Below the pieces are notes generated by a model. It ran no database searches and was not told the DNA's origin. It worked only from the letters and a program-made list of their open reading frames with translations. The position numbers and the translations under genes are program-made. This document shows positions 47,435 to 56,442 of a DNA stretch of 64,000 nt, piece after piece. Every line of letters starts with the position of its first letter. The stretch's first letter is position 1. Source of the stretch: Bacilli bacterium (GTDB taxonomy: Bacteria > Bacillota_I > Bacilli_A > RFN20 > CAG-826); NCBI GenBank assembly GCA_016302065.1, contig JAEDOI010000002.1, forward strand, positions 1,036 through 65,035. The letters are read 5' to 3'.

Positions 47435-47441
47435 CATTTTT

Positions 47442-47723
47442 TTAATATACACTAACTTGTTTTTTAGTTTTTCCAACTCTTTCGAATTTAACAACACCAT
47501 CTTTTGTAGCAAAGATTGTATCATCTTTACCAAGCTTTGTGTTAACTCCAGGAAGAATTTTTGTTCCACGTTGTCTATAAATTATTGATCCTGCTTTACA
47601 AAATTGACCATCGCCAACTTTAATGCCAAGTCTACGTCCAGCACTATCACGTCCGTTTTTTGTACTACCGACACCTTTATGGGAAGCAAATAATTGTATA
47701 TCAAGTTTAAATGTTAATTTCAT
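47442..47723 (-). CDS. rpmA: 50S ribosomal protein L27 (with Prp-cleaved N-terminal extension)
   Basis: 93 aa. [27 protein letters not shown] carries the Firmicutes-type propeptide ending F-A|S. Confidence 0.97.
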   Translation of the reverse strand: MKLTFKLDIQLFASHKGVGSTKNGRDSAGRRLGIKVGDGQFCKAGSIIYRQRGTKILPGVNTKLGKDDTIFATKDGVVKFERVGKTKKQVSVY

Positions 47724-47726
47724 ATA

Positions 47727-48047
47727 CTAACCAATCCTTTCTTCTCGAATCTGAATATTTTTACTTCTAGCTTCTTGAATAGAAAGTAGTTGATATCTAA
47801 TTGTTTCTAACACGACTTTATCATGTTCGCTTATTGTTTCATTATCTTTTAAGATACATTTTACATAACCTTTTTCGATTGAAACATCAAACGATTCAAT
47901 ATTTTTAATACCATTTAAGCCACCAACTACTACACTGCTTATTGCAGAACACACTATATCTTTGCCATATTCAGCAAAATTTGCATGTCCTTCAACAATT
48001 AAGCCGATATATTCAGTTTTATTTAAAATAAACGTTACTTTAACCAT
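47727..48047 (-). CDS. prp: ribosomal-processing cysteine protease Prp
   Basis: 106 aa located between rplU and rpmA. Contains GHA and DIVCSAIS. Confidence 0.9.
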   Translation of the reverse strand: MVKVTFILNKTEYIGLIVEGHANFAEYGKDIVCSAISSVVVGGLNGIKNIESFDVSIEKGYVKCILKDNETISEHDKVVLETIRYQLLSIQEARSKNIQIREERIG

Positions 48048-48358
48048 TATTTTTCATTAATTGATAAAATAGTTAAACTAGTATAAGGTTGTCTATGACC
48101 AATTGTTTTACGGTAATTTGATTTAGCTTTATATTTATAAACTCTAAGTTTTTTACCTTTGGCTTGCTTTTCAACCTTAGCAACGACAGAAGCGCCTTCG
48201 ATAGTTGGGTTTCCGGTTTTGATTGTCTTATCGCCGATTAAAAGAACATCTTTGAAGACATATTCGCTACCTTCGACAGCATCTAATTTCTCAACAAAAA
48301 TCTTTTGTCCGACTTCTACTTTGAGTTGCTTTCCACCACTTAAAATTATAGCGTACAT
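48047..48358 (-). CDS. rplU: 50S ribosomal protein L21
   Basis: 103 aa. Sequence includes [18 protein letters not shown] and GHRQPYT. AAGGAGGG SD. Confidence 0.97.
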   Translation of the reverse strand: MYAIILSGGKQLKVEVGQKIFVEKLDAVEGSEYVFKDVLLIGDKTIKTGNPTIEGASVVAKVEKQAKGKKLRVYKYKAKSNYRKTIGHRQPYTSLTILSINEK

Positions 48359-48458
48359 ATTTAGCCCTCCTTAATTAAAAAATACTCGCTCTTAAGGTAT
48401 TCTAAATAGAATTTAAGACCTTTTTAATGCGGTTGTAATAATAATAGAGTTACAACGC
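48359..48458 (-). promoter_or_regulatory. structured rplU 5' leader (L21-leader-like)
   Basis: Minus strand carries hairpin GCGTTGTAA..TTACAACCGC (48458-48430) and an imperfect hairpin TCTTAA-ATTCTA..TAGAAT-TTAAGA (48418-48390), then a U-run and the SD. Firmicutes carry an L21 autoregulatory leader at this position. Confidence 0.35.
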
Positions 48459-48462
48459 TAAA

Positions 48463-48491
48463 ATATTATCAAAGATAATATAATATGTCAA
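48463..48491 (-). promoter_or_regulatory. sigma-A type promoter of rplU operon (TTGACA-17-TAATAT)
   Basis: Minus strand: TTGACA at 48491-48486, a 17-nt spacer, TAATAT at 48468-48463. Confidence 0.6.
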
Positions 48492-48495
48492 TATT

Positions 48496-49167
48496 TTAAA
48501 AAATTTTATGTTCTTTGAAACTGAAGTAACCATTTTGAGAAACAATAAGATGATCAATTAATAATACCTTATCTTCTCTTAAGCTGCTTTCAATAAAGAA
48601 AGTTGTAAATATATCATCATTGCTTGGCTCAATATATTCACTTTCGTGATTATGAATTAACAAAACTTCATTTGCTTTCTTTTCTAATATTCTTTTTTTA
48701 ATAGAATTTAATGAAAATCGAATAAAATCATTTGAATATGATGAAAATTTTAAAATATCTACTCGATACTTATTTTTGTAAAGAAGAACAAACATCTTTT
48801 CATTTGAGTTTGAGTAGATTATAAACTCTTTTGCAAAAACTTTAGCATCGTAATGAATAATATCAATTTTTTTATTAATATTTGAATTTATTCTCTTAAC
48901 CAACTCAATTAAAGATAAAATCCTATAAACTTTAGCATCTTTCATTCCTTTAATGCTAATTAAATCGTTATAAGTCAAATTAATCAAATTATCTACACTT
49001 GTGCATTTCTTCAATACTTCATTTGCTAAATCAATACAGGAATACCCCTTAATTCCACTATTAATAATTAATGCAAGTAATGAAGAATTAGTTAAATTCT
49101 CAATACCTTTAGTTTTTGCTTGTTCCCTTGGCTTATCATCATTAATTAAATCTTTTATTTTGCTCAT
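48496..49167 (-). CDS. radC: RadC-like JAB/MPN-domain protein
   Basis: 223 aa. N-terminal HhH region and the C-terminal motif HNHESEYIEPSNDD, a variant of HNHPSG..PS..D. Confidence 0.85.
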   Translation of the reverse strand: MSKIKDLINDDKPREQAKTKGIENLTNSSLLALIINSGIKGYSCIDLANEVLKKCTSVDNLINLTYNDLISIKGMKDAKVYRILSLIELVKRINSNINKKIDIIHYDAKVFAKEFIIYSNSNEKMFVLLYKNKYRVDILKFSSYSNDFIRFSLNSIKKRILEKKANEVLLIHNHESEYIEPSNDDIFTTFFIESSLREDKVLLIDHLIVSQNGYFSFKEHKIF

Positions 49168-49349
49168 TATTTCCGTTCAAAAGAATATCCACCTGGAAGT
49201 TTCACTTTTCCAGTGTCTTTAATGAATAGTTTATAAACAATTACAGCAATAATTGCTACAGCCATAATTGCTAAAACTCCAGCTAAAGTAATAGCTTCAC
49301 CTGGACGAATAGATTCTAATTCATTTTCACTTAACGGAATTTTCCTCAT
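49167..49349 (-). CDS. hypothetical 60-aa single-pass membrane protein
   Basis: MRKIPLSENELESIRPGEAITLAGVLAIMAVAIIAVIVYKLF..PGGYSFERK. AAGGAGGT SD lies 7 nt upstream of this ATG, so I prefer it to the track start at 49373. Stop overlaps the radC start. Confidence 0.6.
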   Translation of the reverse strand: MRKIPLSENELESIRPGEAITLAGVLAIMAVAIIAVIVYKLFIKDTGKVKLPGGYSFERK

Positions 49350-49351
49350 AT

Positions 49352-49394
49352 TTTTTACCTCCTTACTATACAAGACGTCGTTTGGAGGTAAAAA
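49352..49394 (-). promoter_or_regulatory. SD-sequestering hairpin (11-bp perfect stem)
   Basis: Minus-strand TTTTTACCTCC (49394-49384) pairs with GGAGGTAAAAA (49362-49352), which contains the SD of the 60-aa ORF. The loop is 21 nt. The hairpin begins 4 nt after the valS stop. Confidence 0.6.
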
Positions 49395-49397
49395 TTA

Positions 49398-51986
49398 TTA
49401 TAGTAAATTCAATTTATTTTTAATTTCGTTTAAATTTTCTAAATATTTATTATATTTTTCAGTTTCTAAATCAATTTTTGCTTTTGGAGCTTTGCTAATA
49501 AAATTTTGGTTATGCAATAATCCTTCACTTCTTTTAATTTCAGCTTCAAGTCTTTCAATTTCCTTAAGTAATTTATTCTTAATTTCTTCCTTATTTTTAT
49601 TGTCATTAATATAAAGTGTAAATCCATCAAAAACTTTAAAAGTTGTGTTCATTTCTTTGTCAATATATTTAATATCGCTAGCAAAAGAAAATCTTAAAAG
49701 ATATGGTATTAATTCTTTATTCAAACCATCACCTAATATGTCAAGTTCAAAACTAGCATTTGGAGCTAATTTATTATCTACTTTATAAGCTCTAACAAAT
49801 TCAATTGCATAATTTAATTTTAAAACTTGATTAACTTCTTTATTAAATGAGAATCTTCTATTAACAGTAGGGTAATTTTCAAGCATTATTGATTCTTTTA
49901 TAGATGGAAGGTGAAGATAAATTTCTTCACAAATAAAAGGAGAAAATGGATAAAGCATCATAATAATAGCTTTTAAAACATAAATTAACGTAAAGTAAGT
50001 ATGATTATGATTACCATCACTCTTTAAATCTACCTTACTATATTCAAGGTATAATGAACAAAAATCATCATAAACAAAATTAAACAAAATATTAGATGCA
50101 ATACCATAATTGTAATTATCCATATATTTTGTCACTTCTTTTATTGTTTTATTTAATTTTGCAAGAATGTAACGATCAATTAAATTTAGTTCTTTTGTTT
50201 TAATATTTTCATCATATATATAATTAGGATCAATATTCATTAAAATATATCTAGCACTATTCCAAATCTTATTTAAATAGTTACTACTTGCATTAACTTT
50301 TTCTTCGTCATATTTCATATCTTGTCCAGGAGTTGAAGATGTAGCAAGGAAATATCTTAAAGAATCTGTACCATATTTATTAATAACGTCAATTGGATCA
50401 ACACCATTTCCTGCTGATTTTGACATTTTTCTTCCTTTTGAGTCTCTGACAAGTCCATGAATTAAGACATTTTTAAATGGAACTTGTTTTGTAAAATTAA
50501 GGGATTGAAAATACATTCTTGCAACCCAGAAAAAGATAATATCATATCCAGTTACTAATAAATCAGTTGGAAAATAATGCTTATATAGTTCAGTTTCATC
50601 TGGCCAACCCATTGTAGCAAATGGCCAAAGACCACTTGAAAACCATGTGTCAAGAACATCTTCGTCTTGATAATAATCATCACCTTCTGGTTTATGATCA
50701 CTTACTAGTATTTCATTAGTAGTTTTTGAGTAATAAACTGGTATTCTATGTCCCCACCATAATTGTCTAGATATGCACCAATCTTCACAATTTTCCATCC
50801 AACGAGTTAAAACTTTTTCAAATCGCCTTGGATAAAAATTAACTTTTTCTTTAGAATTTTGGTTATTTAATACCATTTCTGCAAGAGGTTTCATCTTTAT
50901 AAACCATTGCATGGATAAAATTGGTTCAACAACTGTGTCAGTTCTTTCACTATGTCCAACATTATGAACCATTTTTTCAATTTTAATTAAATTACCATCT
51001 TTTTTAATATTTTCGACTAATAATTTTCGACATTCATATCTATCAAGACCTGAATAAATTCCACAATTTTCTTTCATTGTCCCATCAATATTCATAATAA
51101 TTGGATGATCAAAACCATATTTTTTACCAATTATGAAATCATTTGGGTCATGAGCTGGAGTACATTTCATAGCCCCAGTTCCAAATTTGATATCAACATA
51201 ATCATCAGCAATGATCACTAATTCATCATTATTTGCTGGATTAATTACTTTTTTTCCAATTACATCTTGGTATCTCTTATCGTTAGGATTTACAACAATA
51301 CAAGTATCTCCAAACATTGTTTCAGGTCTAGTTGTAGCAATTACTAAATATTTTTCTTTATCATCAACAAAGCGGTATTTAAAGTAGAAAAATTCACCTT
51401 CTTCTTCTTTATAAATTACTTCAATATTACTTAAAGCAGTCCTCATTTCAGTATCGTAATTAACAATTCTTTCCCCTCTATAAATGAGTCCTTTATCATA
51501 TAAATCTTTAAATACTTTATATACTGCTTTGTTAAAGCCCTTATCGAGAGTAAATCTTTCTTTTGTATAATCAAGCATTAATCCCATTTTAGCCCATTGA
51601 GAATGAATAATTTCACTATATTCTTCTTTCCATTCAAAAGCTTTCTTTAAAAATGCTTCTCTTCCTATATCATATCGAGAAATTCCTTCTGCTTTTAAAC
51701 GTGCATCAACTTTAGCTTGAGTAGCAATGCCTGCATGATCACAACCTGGAAGAAAAAGACAATCGTAACCTTTTGCCTTTTTATAACGCATAGTTATATC
51801 CATAATAGTTGTATCAATAGCATGACCAATATGTAATTTTCCAGTGACATTTGGAGGAGGTAAAACTAATGAAAATTTAGGTTTAGTATAATCTCCACAC
51901 TTAAAATAACCCTTGTTTTTCCAAGTATCATACTTATTTTCCTCAACTTTTTTAAAGTCATATCTCTTATCTAAAATTTCCATCAT
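49398..51986 (-). CDS. valS: valine--tRNA ligase
   Basis: 862 aa. Sequence includes PPPNVTGKLHIGH and KMSKS, with a C-terminal coiled coil. Confidence 0.97.
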   Translation of the reverse strand: MMEILDKRYDFKKVEENKYDTWKNKGYFKCGDYTKPKFSLVLPPPNVTGKLHIGHAIDTTIMDITMRYKKAKGYDCLFLPGCDHAGIATQAKVDARLKAEGISRYDIGREAFLKKAFEWKEEYSEIIHSQWAKMGLMLDYTKERFTLDKGFNKAVYKVFKDLYDKGLIYRGERIVNYDTEMRTALSNIEVIYKEEEGEFFYFKYRFVDDKEKYLVIATTRPETMFGDTCIVVNPNDKRYQDVIGKKVINPANNDELVIIADDYVDIKFGTGAMKCTPAHDPNDFIIGKKYGFDHPIIMNIDGTMKENCGIYSGLDRYECRKLLVENIKKDGNLIKIEKMVHNVGHSERTDTVVEPILSMQWFIKMKPLAEMVLNNQNSKEKVNFYPRRFEKVLTRWMENCEDWCISRQLWWGHRIPVYYSKTTNEILVSDHKPEGDDYYQDEDVLDTWFSSGLWPFATMGWPDETELYKHYFPTDLLVTGYDIIFFWVARMYFQSLNFTKQVPFKNVLIHGLVRDSKGRKMSKSAGNGVDPIDVINKYGTDSLRYFLATSSTPGQDMKYDEEKVNASSNYLNKIWNSARYILMNIDPNYIYDENIKTKELNLIDRYILAKLNKTIKEVTKYMDNYNYGIASNILFNFVYDDFCSLYLEYSKVDLKSDGNHNHTYFTLIYVLKAIIMMLYPFSPFICEEIYLHLPSIKESIMLENYPTVNRRFSFNKEVNQVLKLNYAIEFVRAYKVDNKLAPNASFELDILGDGLNKELIPYLLRFSFASDIKYIDKEMNTTFKVFDGFTLYINDNKNKEEIKNKLLKEIERLEAEIKRSEGLLHNQNFISKAPKAKIDLETEKYNKYLENLNEIKNKLNLL

Positions 51987-52582
51987 TTATCCTCCAAAGC
52001 TATATAATGGTCAATTGTTTCCTTTAATATCAATAATGATCTATCATCTTTAGAACTTGTTAATAATATTAAAGAATTTTCTTTTGTAACATCTAATTTA
52101 TCTTTTAAATTTTTATAAATTTTACTCTTTTCTGATTGATTCAATTTATCACATTTAGTTAAAGCGATGCAGAAAGGATAATTATAAGAAATTAAAAACT
52201 TATAGAAATCGTAATCATCATCAGTTGGTAAATGTCGTGAATCAAGTAAGAAAACAACAAGTTTTAAATATTTATTGTTTTCAAAATATTTTTCAAGCAT
52301 ATCTCCATAAAATGTATAGTCAACATCCTTTTTTTGAGAATAACCATACCCTGGAGAATCGACAAAATAAAATGAATCATCGATTAAAAAATAATTTAAT
52401 AATCTAGTATGACCAGGTTTCTTGCTAGTAAAAGCTAATTTTGAATTATTAGTTAATGCATTAATTAAGCTAGATTTTCCAACATTAGATTTACCAATAA
52501 AGATAACCTCGTTTTTCCTATTTTCTAAATCTTTTAAATCGATTATAGATTTAACAAATGTTGCTTTCTTATAAAAATTCAT
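51983..52582 (-). CDS. engB: ribosome biogenesis GTPase EngB/YsxC
   Basis: 199 aa. Sequence includes GKSNVGKSSLINAL, DSPGYG and TKCDK. lon-engB synteny. Confidence 0.93.
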   Translation of the reverse strand: MNFYKKATFVKSIIDLKDLENRKNEVIFIGKSNVGKSSLINALTNNSKLAFTSKKPGHTRLLNYFLIDDSFYFVDSPGYGYSQKKDVDYTFYGDMLEKYFENNKYLKLVVFLLDSRHLPTDDDYDFYKFLISYNYPFCIALTKCDKLNQSEKSKIYKNLKDKLDVTKENSLILLTSSKDDRSLLILKETIDHYIALEDK

Positions 52583-54906
52583 AAATCAAATATAATTTTT
52601 AAAGCATCAAGGACGCTTTCCATATAAATAAACTTAATATTGTCTTGAATTTCATGTGGTAATTCAAGAACATTTTTCTTATTTTCAAGTGGAACAAAAA
52701 TTGTTTTAATACCACTTCTTAAAGCAGCTAAAGTTTTCTCTTTTAAACCGCCAATTGCTAATGCTTTTCCTCTTAAACTAATTTCACCAGTCATAGCAAT
52801 ATCTCCACTAATAGGTTTTTTAATTAAAGCGCTAACAATTGCACAACATGTTGCACATCCAGCACTTGGGCCATCCTTAGGAATAGCTCCTTCTGGGAAA
52901 TGAATGTGTATGTCGCTATTTTTCAATATTTCTTTATCTATATTTAAAGTTTCATAGTTTGCTTTAATAAAGGAATAGGCTATCGCACAACTTTCTTTCA
53001 TTACATCACCCAATTTTCCAGTTAAAGTTAACTTTCCATTTCCTTCAAAGTAATTGACTTCAATAGGTAAAATCGATCCTCCAACTGAAGAATAAGCAAG
53101 TCCAGTCATAACACCAATTTGCTTATCTTTTTCTTTCATTGTTGGGTCGAAATCTTCAATACCTAAAAATTCCTTAATAGTATCTTTAGTAATTACAAAT
53201 CCTTCTTTAACTTCGTTACTTAAATATTTAACAACAACTTTTCTAAGGCAGTCAGCAATTCTTCTTTCAAGATTTCTAACACCAGATTCACGAGTATAAC
53301 GTTCAATTAAATATTCAATAGCTTCATCGTCAAAATTAATATTTTTATCATTTAAGCCAGTATTTACCAACTCTTTTTTAATTAAATAATCTTTCGCAAT
53401 GTGAACTTTATCAAGAAGTGTGTAACTATCAACTTCGATTAATTCAAGTCTATCCATTAATGGACCAGGAATTGAATTTAAATCATTAGCAGTACAAATA
53501 AATAAAACATTGCTTAAATTATATGAAATTTCTAAGTAATGATCGTTAAATGCAACGTTTTGTTCTGGATCAAGAACTTCAAGCAAAGCACTTGAAGGAT
53601 CTCCACGAAGTCCATTTTGACCAAGTTTATCAATTTCATCAAGTAAAAATACAGGATTGTTTACTTTAACTTTATTTAAAGATCTAATAATAATTCCAGG
53701 ACGAGAACCAACATAAGTTCTAATATGCCCTCTAATTTGGGCTTCATCATCAATTCCACCAAGTGAACATTTAACAAACTTTCTATTCAAAGCTCTTGCA
53801 ATTGATCTAGAGAGACTTGTTTTTCCTACTCCTGGAGGTCCATATAAACATAAAATTGGAGCTTTTAAATTATTATTTATTGTTTTTACAGCAAGATATT
53901 CTAAAATTCTTGATTTTACTTTCTCTAAACCGTAATGGTCTTCATCTAAGATTCTTTTAACCTCTTTTATATCTTTGGTATCTTCACTATGTTGATACCA
54001 AGGAAGATTCATAACATTTTCAATATAATCCTTTACCAAAGCTCCTTCTAAACTGCCAGCAGGCATATTTTTTAATTTTTTAAGTTCAGTATGAATTTTA
54101 GTTTTCACTTCTTCAGGATAAGGATTGTCATCAAGTTTTTTATTAACACTTTGTTCAAAACTTGTTTCATCATCACCAAGTTCCTTATTAATTGCACGCA
54201 TTTTTTCGCGTAAAATATATTCTTTTTGACTTTTTGTTGCTGAATCACGAACAATATCATTAATTTTTTGTTCGATTAAATCACTTTCATCGAGATAATT
54301 TAAACAATCAATAATTATTTTTAATCGTTCTTCAACATTTTCGGCTTCAAGTAATTGTTGTTTTCTTGAAACATCCACAGCCAATAAGTTAGAAATTAAA
54401 TAAGATAACTCAATGGCACTGATACCACCTTGAATTTTATTTAAAAAAGATTTTTCAATTCTAGAATTTAAGTATTTTTCTGGTCTAGAAGTTATAATAT
54501 CTAAAACATTCTTAATTAAAGGACCACAAATTTTTGGATCTTCAATTGGATCATCAAGAAATTCGACATCAGCAAAAAATGCATCGCTAGAAAAATCAAA
54601 ATTAATTATTTTAGCTCGCATTGTACAATTTACAAAAGCGCGATATCCATTTTTATTTTTCTTCCTATCAGTAAAATAAACAAACGTTCCAACCTTAGCA
54701 ATATCATCTTCTGAGGATATTTCGTTTTTTGAATCGTCAAGTTGCGTAACTAAAACGCATTGTTCTGAATAATTTTTAATAGATTCATCAAAACTTTTTT
54801 TCGAGTGTTCGCGCTCAATTGATAGAAAGAAATTTGTAAATGGAAATGCAACAACACCTTTTGTAATAATTACTGGTATTTTAAAAACTTTGTTATCTTT
54901 TTCCAT
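52579..54906 (-). CDS. lon: ATP-dependent protease Lon
   Basis: 775 aa. Sequence includes GPPGVGKTS and the proteolytic site PKDGPSAG. Confidence 0.97.
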   Translation of the reverse strand: MEKDNKVFKIPVIITKGVVAFPFTNFFLSIEREHSKKSFDESIKNYSEQCVLVTQLDDSKNEISSEDDIAKVGTFVYFTDRKKNKNGYRAFVNCTMRAKIINFDFSSDAFFADVEFLDDPIEDPKICGPLIKNVLDIITSRPEKYLNSRIEKSFLNKIQGGISAIELSYLISNLLAVDVSRKQQLLEAENVEERLKIIIDCLNYLDESDLIEQKINDIVRDSATKSQKEYILREKMRAINKELGDDETSFEQSVNKKLDDNPYPEEVKTKIHTELKKLKNMPAGSLEGALVKDYIENVMNLPWYQHSEDTKDIKEVKRILDEDHYGLEKVKSRILEYLAVKTINNNLKAPILCLYGPPGVGKTSLSRSIARALNRKFVKCSLGGIDDEAQIRGHIRTYVGSRPGIIIRSLNKVKVNNPVFLLDEIDKLGQNGLRGDPSSALLEVLDPEQNVAFNDHYLEISYNLSNVLFICTANDLNSIPGPLMDRLELIEVDSYTLLDKVHIAKDYLIKKELVNTGLNDKNINFDDEAIEYLIERYTRESGVRNLERRIADCLRKVVVKYLSNEVKEGFVITKDTIKEFLGIEDFDPTMKEKDKQIGVMTGLAYSSVGGSILPIEVNYFEGNGKLTLTGKLGDVMKESCAIAYSFIKANYETLNIDKEILKNSDIHIHFPEGAIPKDGPSAGCATCCAIVSALIKKPISGDIAMTGEISLRGKALAIGGLKEKTLAALRSGIKTIFVPLENKKNVLELPHEIQDNIKFIYMESVLDALKIIFDL

Positions 54907-54926
54907 TAAAATTTCCTTTTAAATTA

Positions 54927-56342
54927 TTATTTTGCTTCTTCAGCAGGTTTTTCTTCAGTCTTTTTTGCTCTTGGTTTTCTAGTCTTCTTAACTGGAGCAT
55001 CTTCTTTAACTTCTGTTTCAGCAGGTTTTTCAGTTGGTTCTTCTTTAGTTTCTTTTTCTTCAGTTAAAGGACCGTTATTTGCTTTAAGGAAGTTAATAAT
55101 TTTTTGATTTGATAATGAAGAAACGATTTCTCTTTCTTGTTCTGAATATTTTTTCTTAAATTCAGCAACATCCATATTATAAAGTTTAGCTGTATCTTCA
55201 TAGAATTTATCTAATTCAGCTTTTGAAATGTAAAGATTTTCAACTTCAGCAAGTTTTCCTAAAACAACTTGACTTGTAATTTCATGTTTAGCATTTTCTT
55301 TAGCAGTTTCTAATAATTTTTCTTCAGTTAATCCTAAAATTTGAAGATATTGTTCAAAAGTTAAACCGTTTTGTTCAACTTGTTGTTTTGTTTTTTCAAC
55401 AGTATTTTTAGCTTCTGCTTCTAAGACTTTTTCACCAATTACAACTTCACTATTTTCACAGATTTTGTTGATTAATCTTTGTAAATAATCTGATTCAGCA
55501 TTTCTGACTTTTTCGTTAAATAATTTATTCTTTTGATGCTTCTTTAAATCTTCAACAGTTTTTACATTTGCAATATTTAAAGTTTCGACAAATTCATCAT
55601 TTAATTCTGGAACAACTTTAGTTTTAACTTCATGAATCATACAAACAAATTTAGCTGGTTTTCCTGCTAAATCTTTAACATATTGTTCTGGGAATGTAAT
55701 TAAAACATCTTTCTTAGTTTCAGCACTAACACCAACTAATTGTTCTTCAAAACCTGGAACAAAACTATTTGAACCTAAAACTAATGAATAGTTATCAGCA
55801 CTTCCACCTTCAAATTCTTTACCATCAATGTATCCTTTAAAATCAAGAACAACAGTATCACCAAGTTTTGCAGGTTCATTTGATAAAACTAATTCGGCAT
55901 TATCAGCTAATAATTTATCAATTGATTCTTTGACTTCTTTTGCACTTACTTTTGGTTCAGTATATTCAAGATGAATATCTTTATATTGTCCTAATTTTAC
56001 TTCTGGATAAACCGTAATTGTAAATTTTACTTTTAAAGCTTCATCAGTTAAATCAGTAACTTCTACATCTGGTTGAGTAAATGGAACAAGTTTAAATTCT
56101 TTAATTGCTTCATCATACATTGAAGGAAGAGCAATATTGATAGCTTCGTTGATTAATTTATTTGGATCAACATAATTTTTAGCCATTGATTCTGGAGCTT
56201 GTCCTTTTCTAAAACCTTTAATTTGAACATTTTTAATTAATTTTTTTAAAGCTTTCTCTCTAGCTGCTGTCCAAGCTTCTTTTTCAAGAGTTGCATCAAT
56301 TTCATAGACACCTTCGCCTTTGTTTAATAATTCTTTTTGCAT
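54927..56342 (-). CDS. tig: trigger factor
   Basis: 471 aa. Sequence includes GFRKGQAP and an FKBP domain (GDTVVLDFKGYIDGKEFEGG), with an extra charged K/E/P-rich C-tail. Confidence 0.95.
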   Translation of the reverse strand: MQKELLNKGEGVYEIDATLEKEAWTAAREKALKKLIKNVQIKGFRKGQAPESMAKNYVDPNKLINEAINIALPSMYDEAIKEFKLVPFTQPDVEVTDLTDEALKVKFTITVYPEVKLGQYKDIHLEYTEPKVSAKEVKESIDKLLADNAELVLSNEPAKLGDTVVLDFKGYIDGKEFEGGSADNYSLVLGSNSFVPGFEEQLVGVSAETKKDVLITFPEQYVKDLAGKPAKFVCMIHEVKTKVVPELNDEFVETLNIANVKTVEDLKKHQKNKLFNEKVRNAESDYLQRLINKICENSEVVIGEKVLEAEAKNTVEKTKQQVEQNGLTFEQYLQILGLTEEKLLETAKENAKHEITSQVVLGKLAEVENLYISKAELDKFYEDTAKLYNMDVAEFKKKYSEQEREIVSSLSNQKIINFLKANNGPLTEEKETKEEPTEKPAETEVKEDAPVKKTRKPRAKKTEEKPAEEAK

Positions 56343-56382
56343 ATTAAATATTTCCTTTCAAAAATTATACTTAAAAATTATA

Positions 56383-56403
56383 TACTAGATTTATAATCTA
56401 GTA
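56383..56403 (-). terminator. hairpin between uvrC and tig (terminator and/or tig promoter spacer)
   Basis: A 9-bp stem TACTAGATT-TAT-AATCTAGTA. On the minus strand it is followed by a T-run 6 nt downstream (TATAATTTTT). A TTTACT-17-TATAAT promoter for tig overlaps it. Confidence 0.35.
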
Positions 56404-56442
56404 AAGTATTTGAGAATAAAAAAATATGAATAAAAACAATAA

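Noticed and set aside
54907-54926. Looked for a CIRCE (HrcA) operator upstream of lon, and for LexA/Cheo boxes upstream of dinB, uvrC and ruvAB.
   Set aside because: The lon upstream gap is only 20 nt. I noticed no TTAGCACTC-N9-GAGTGCTAA or GAAC-N4-GTTC in the relevant gaps.
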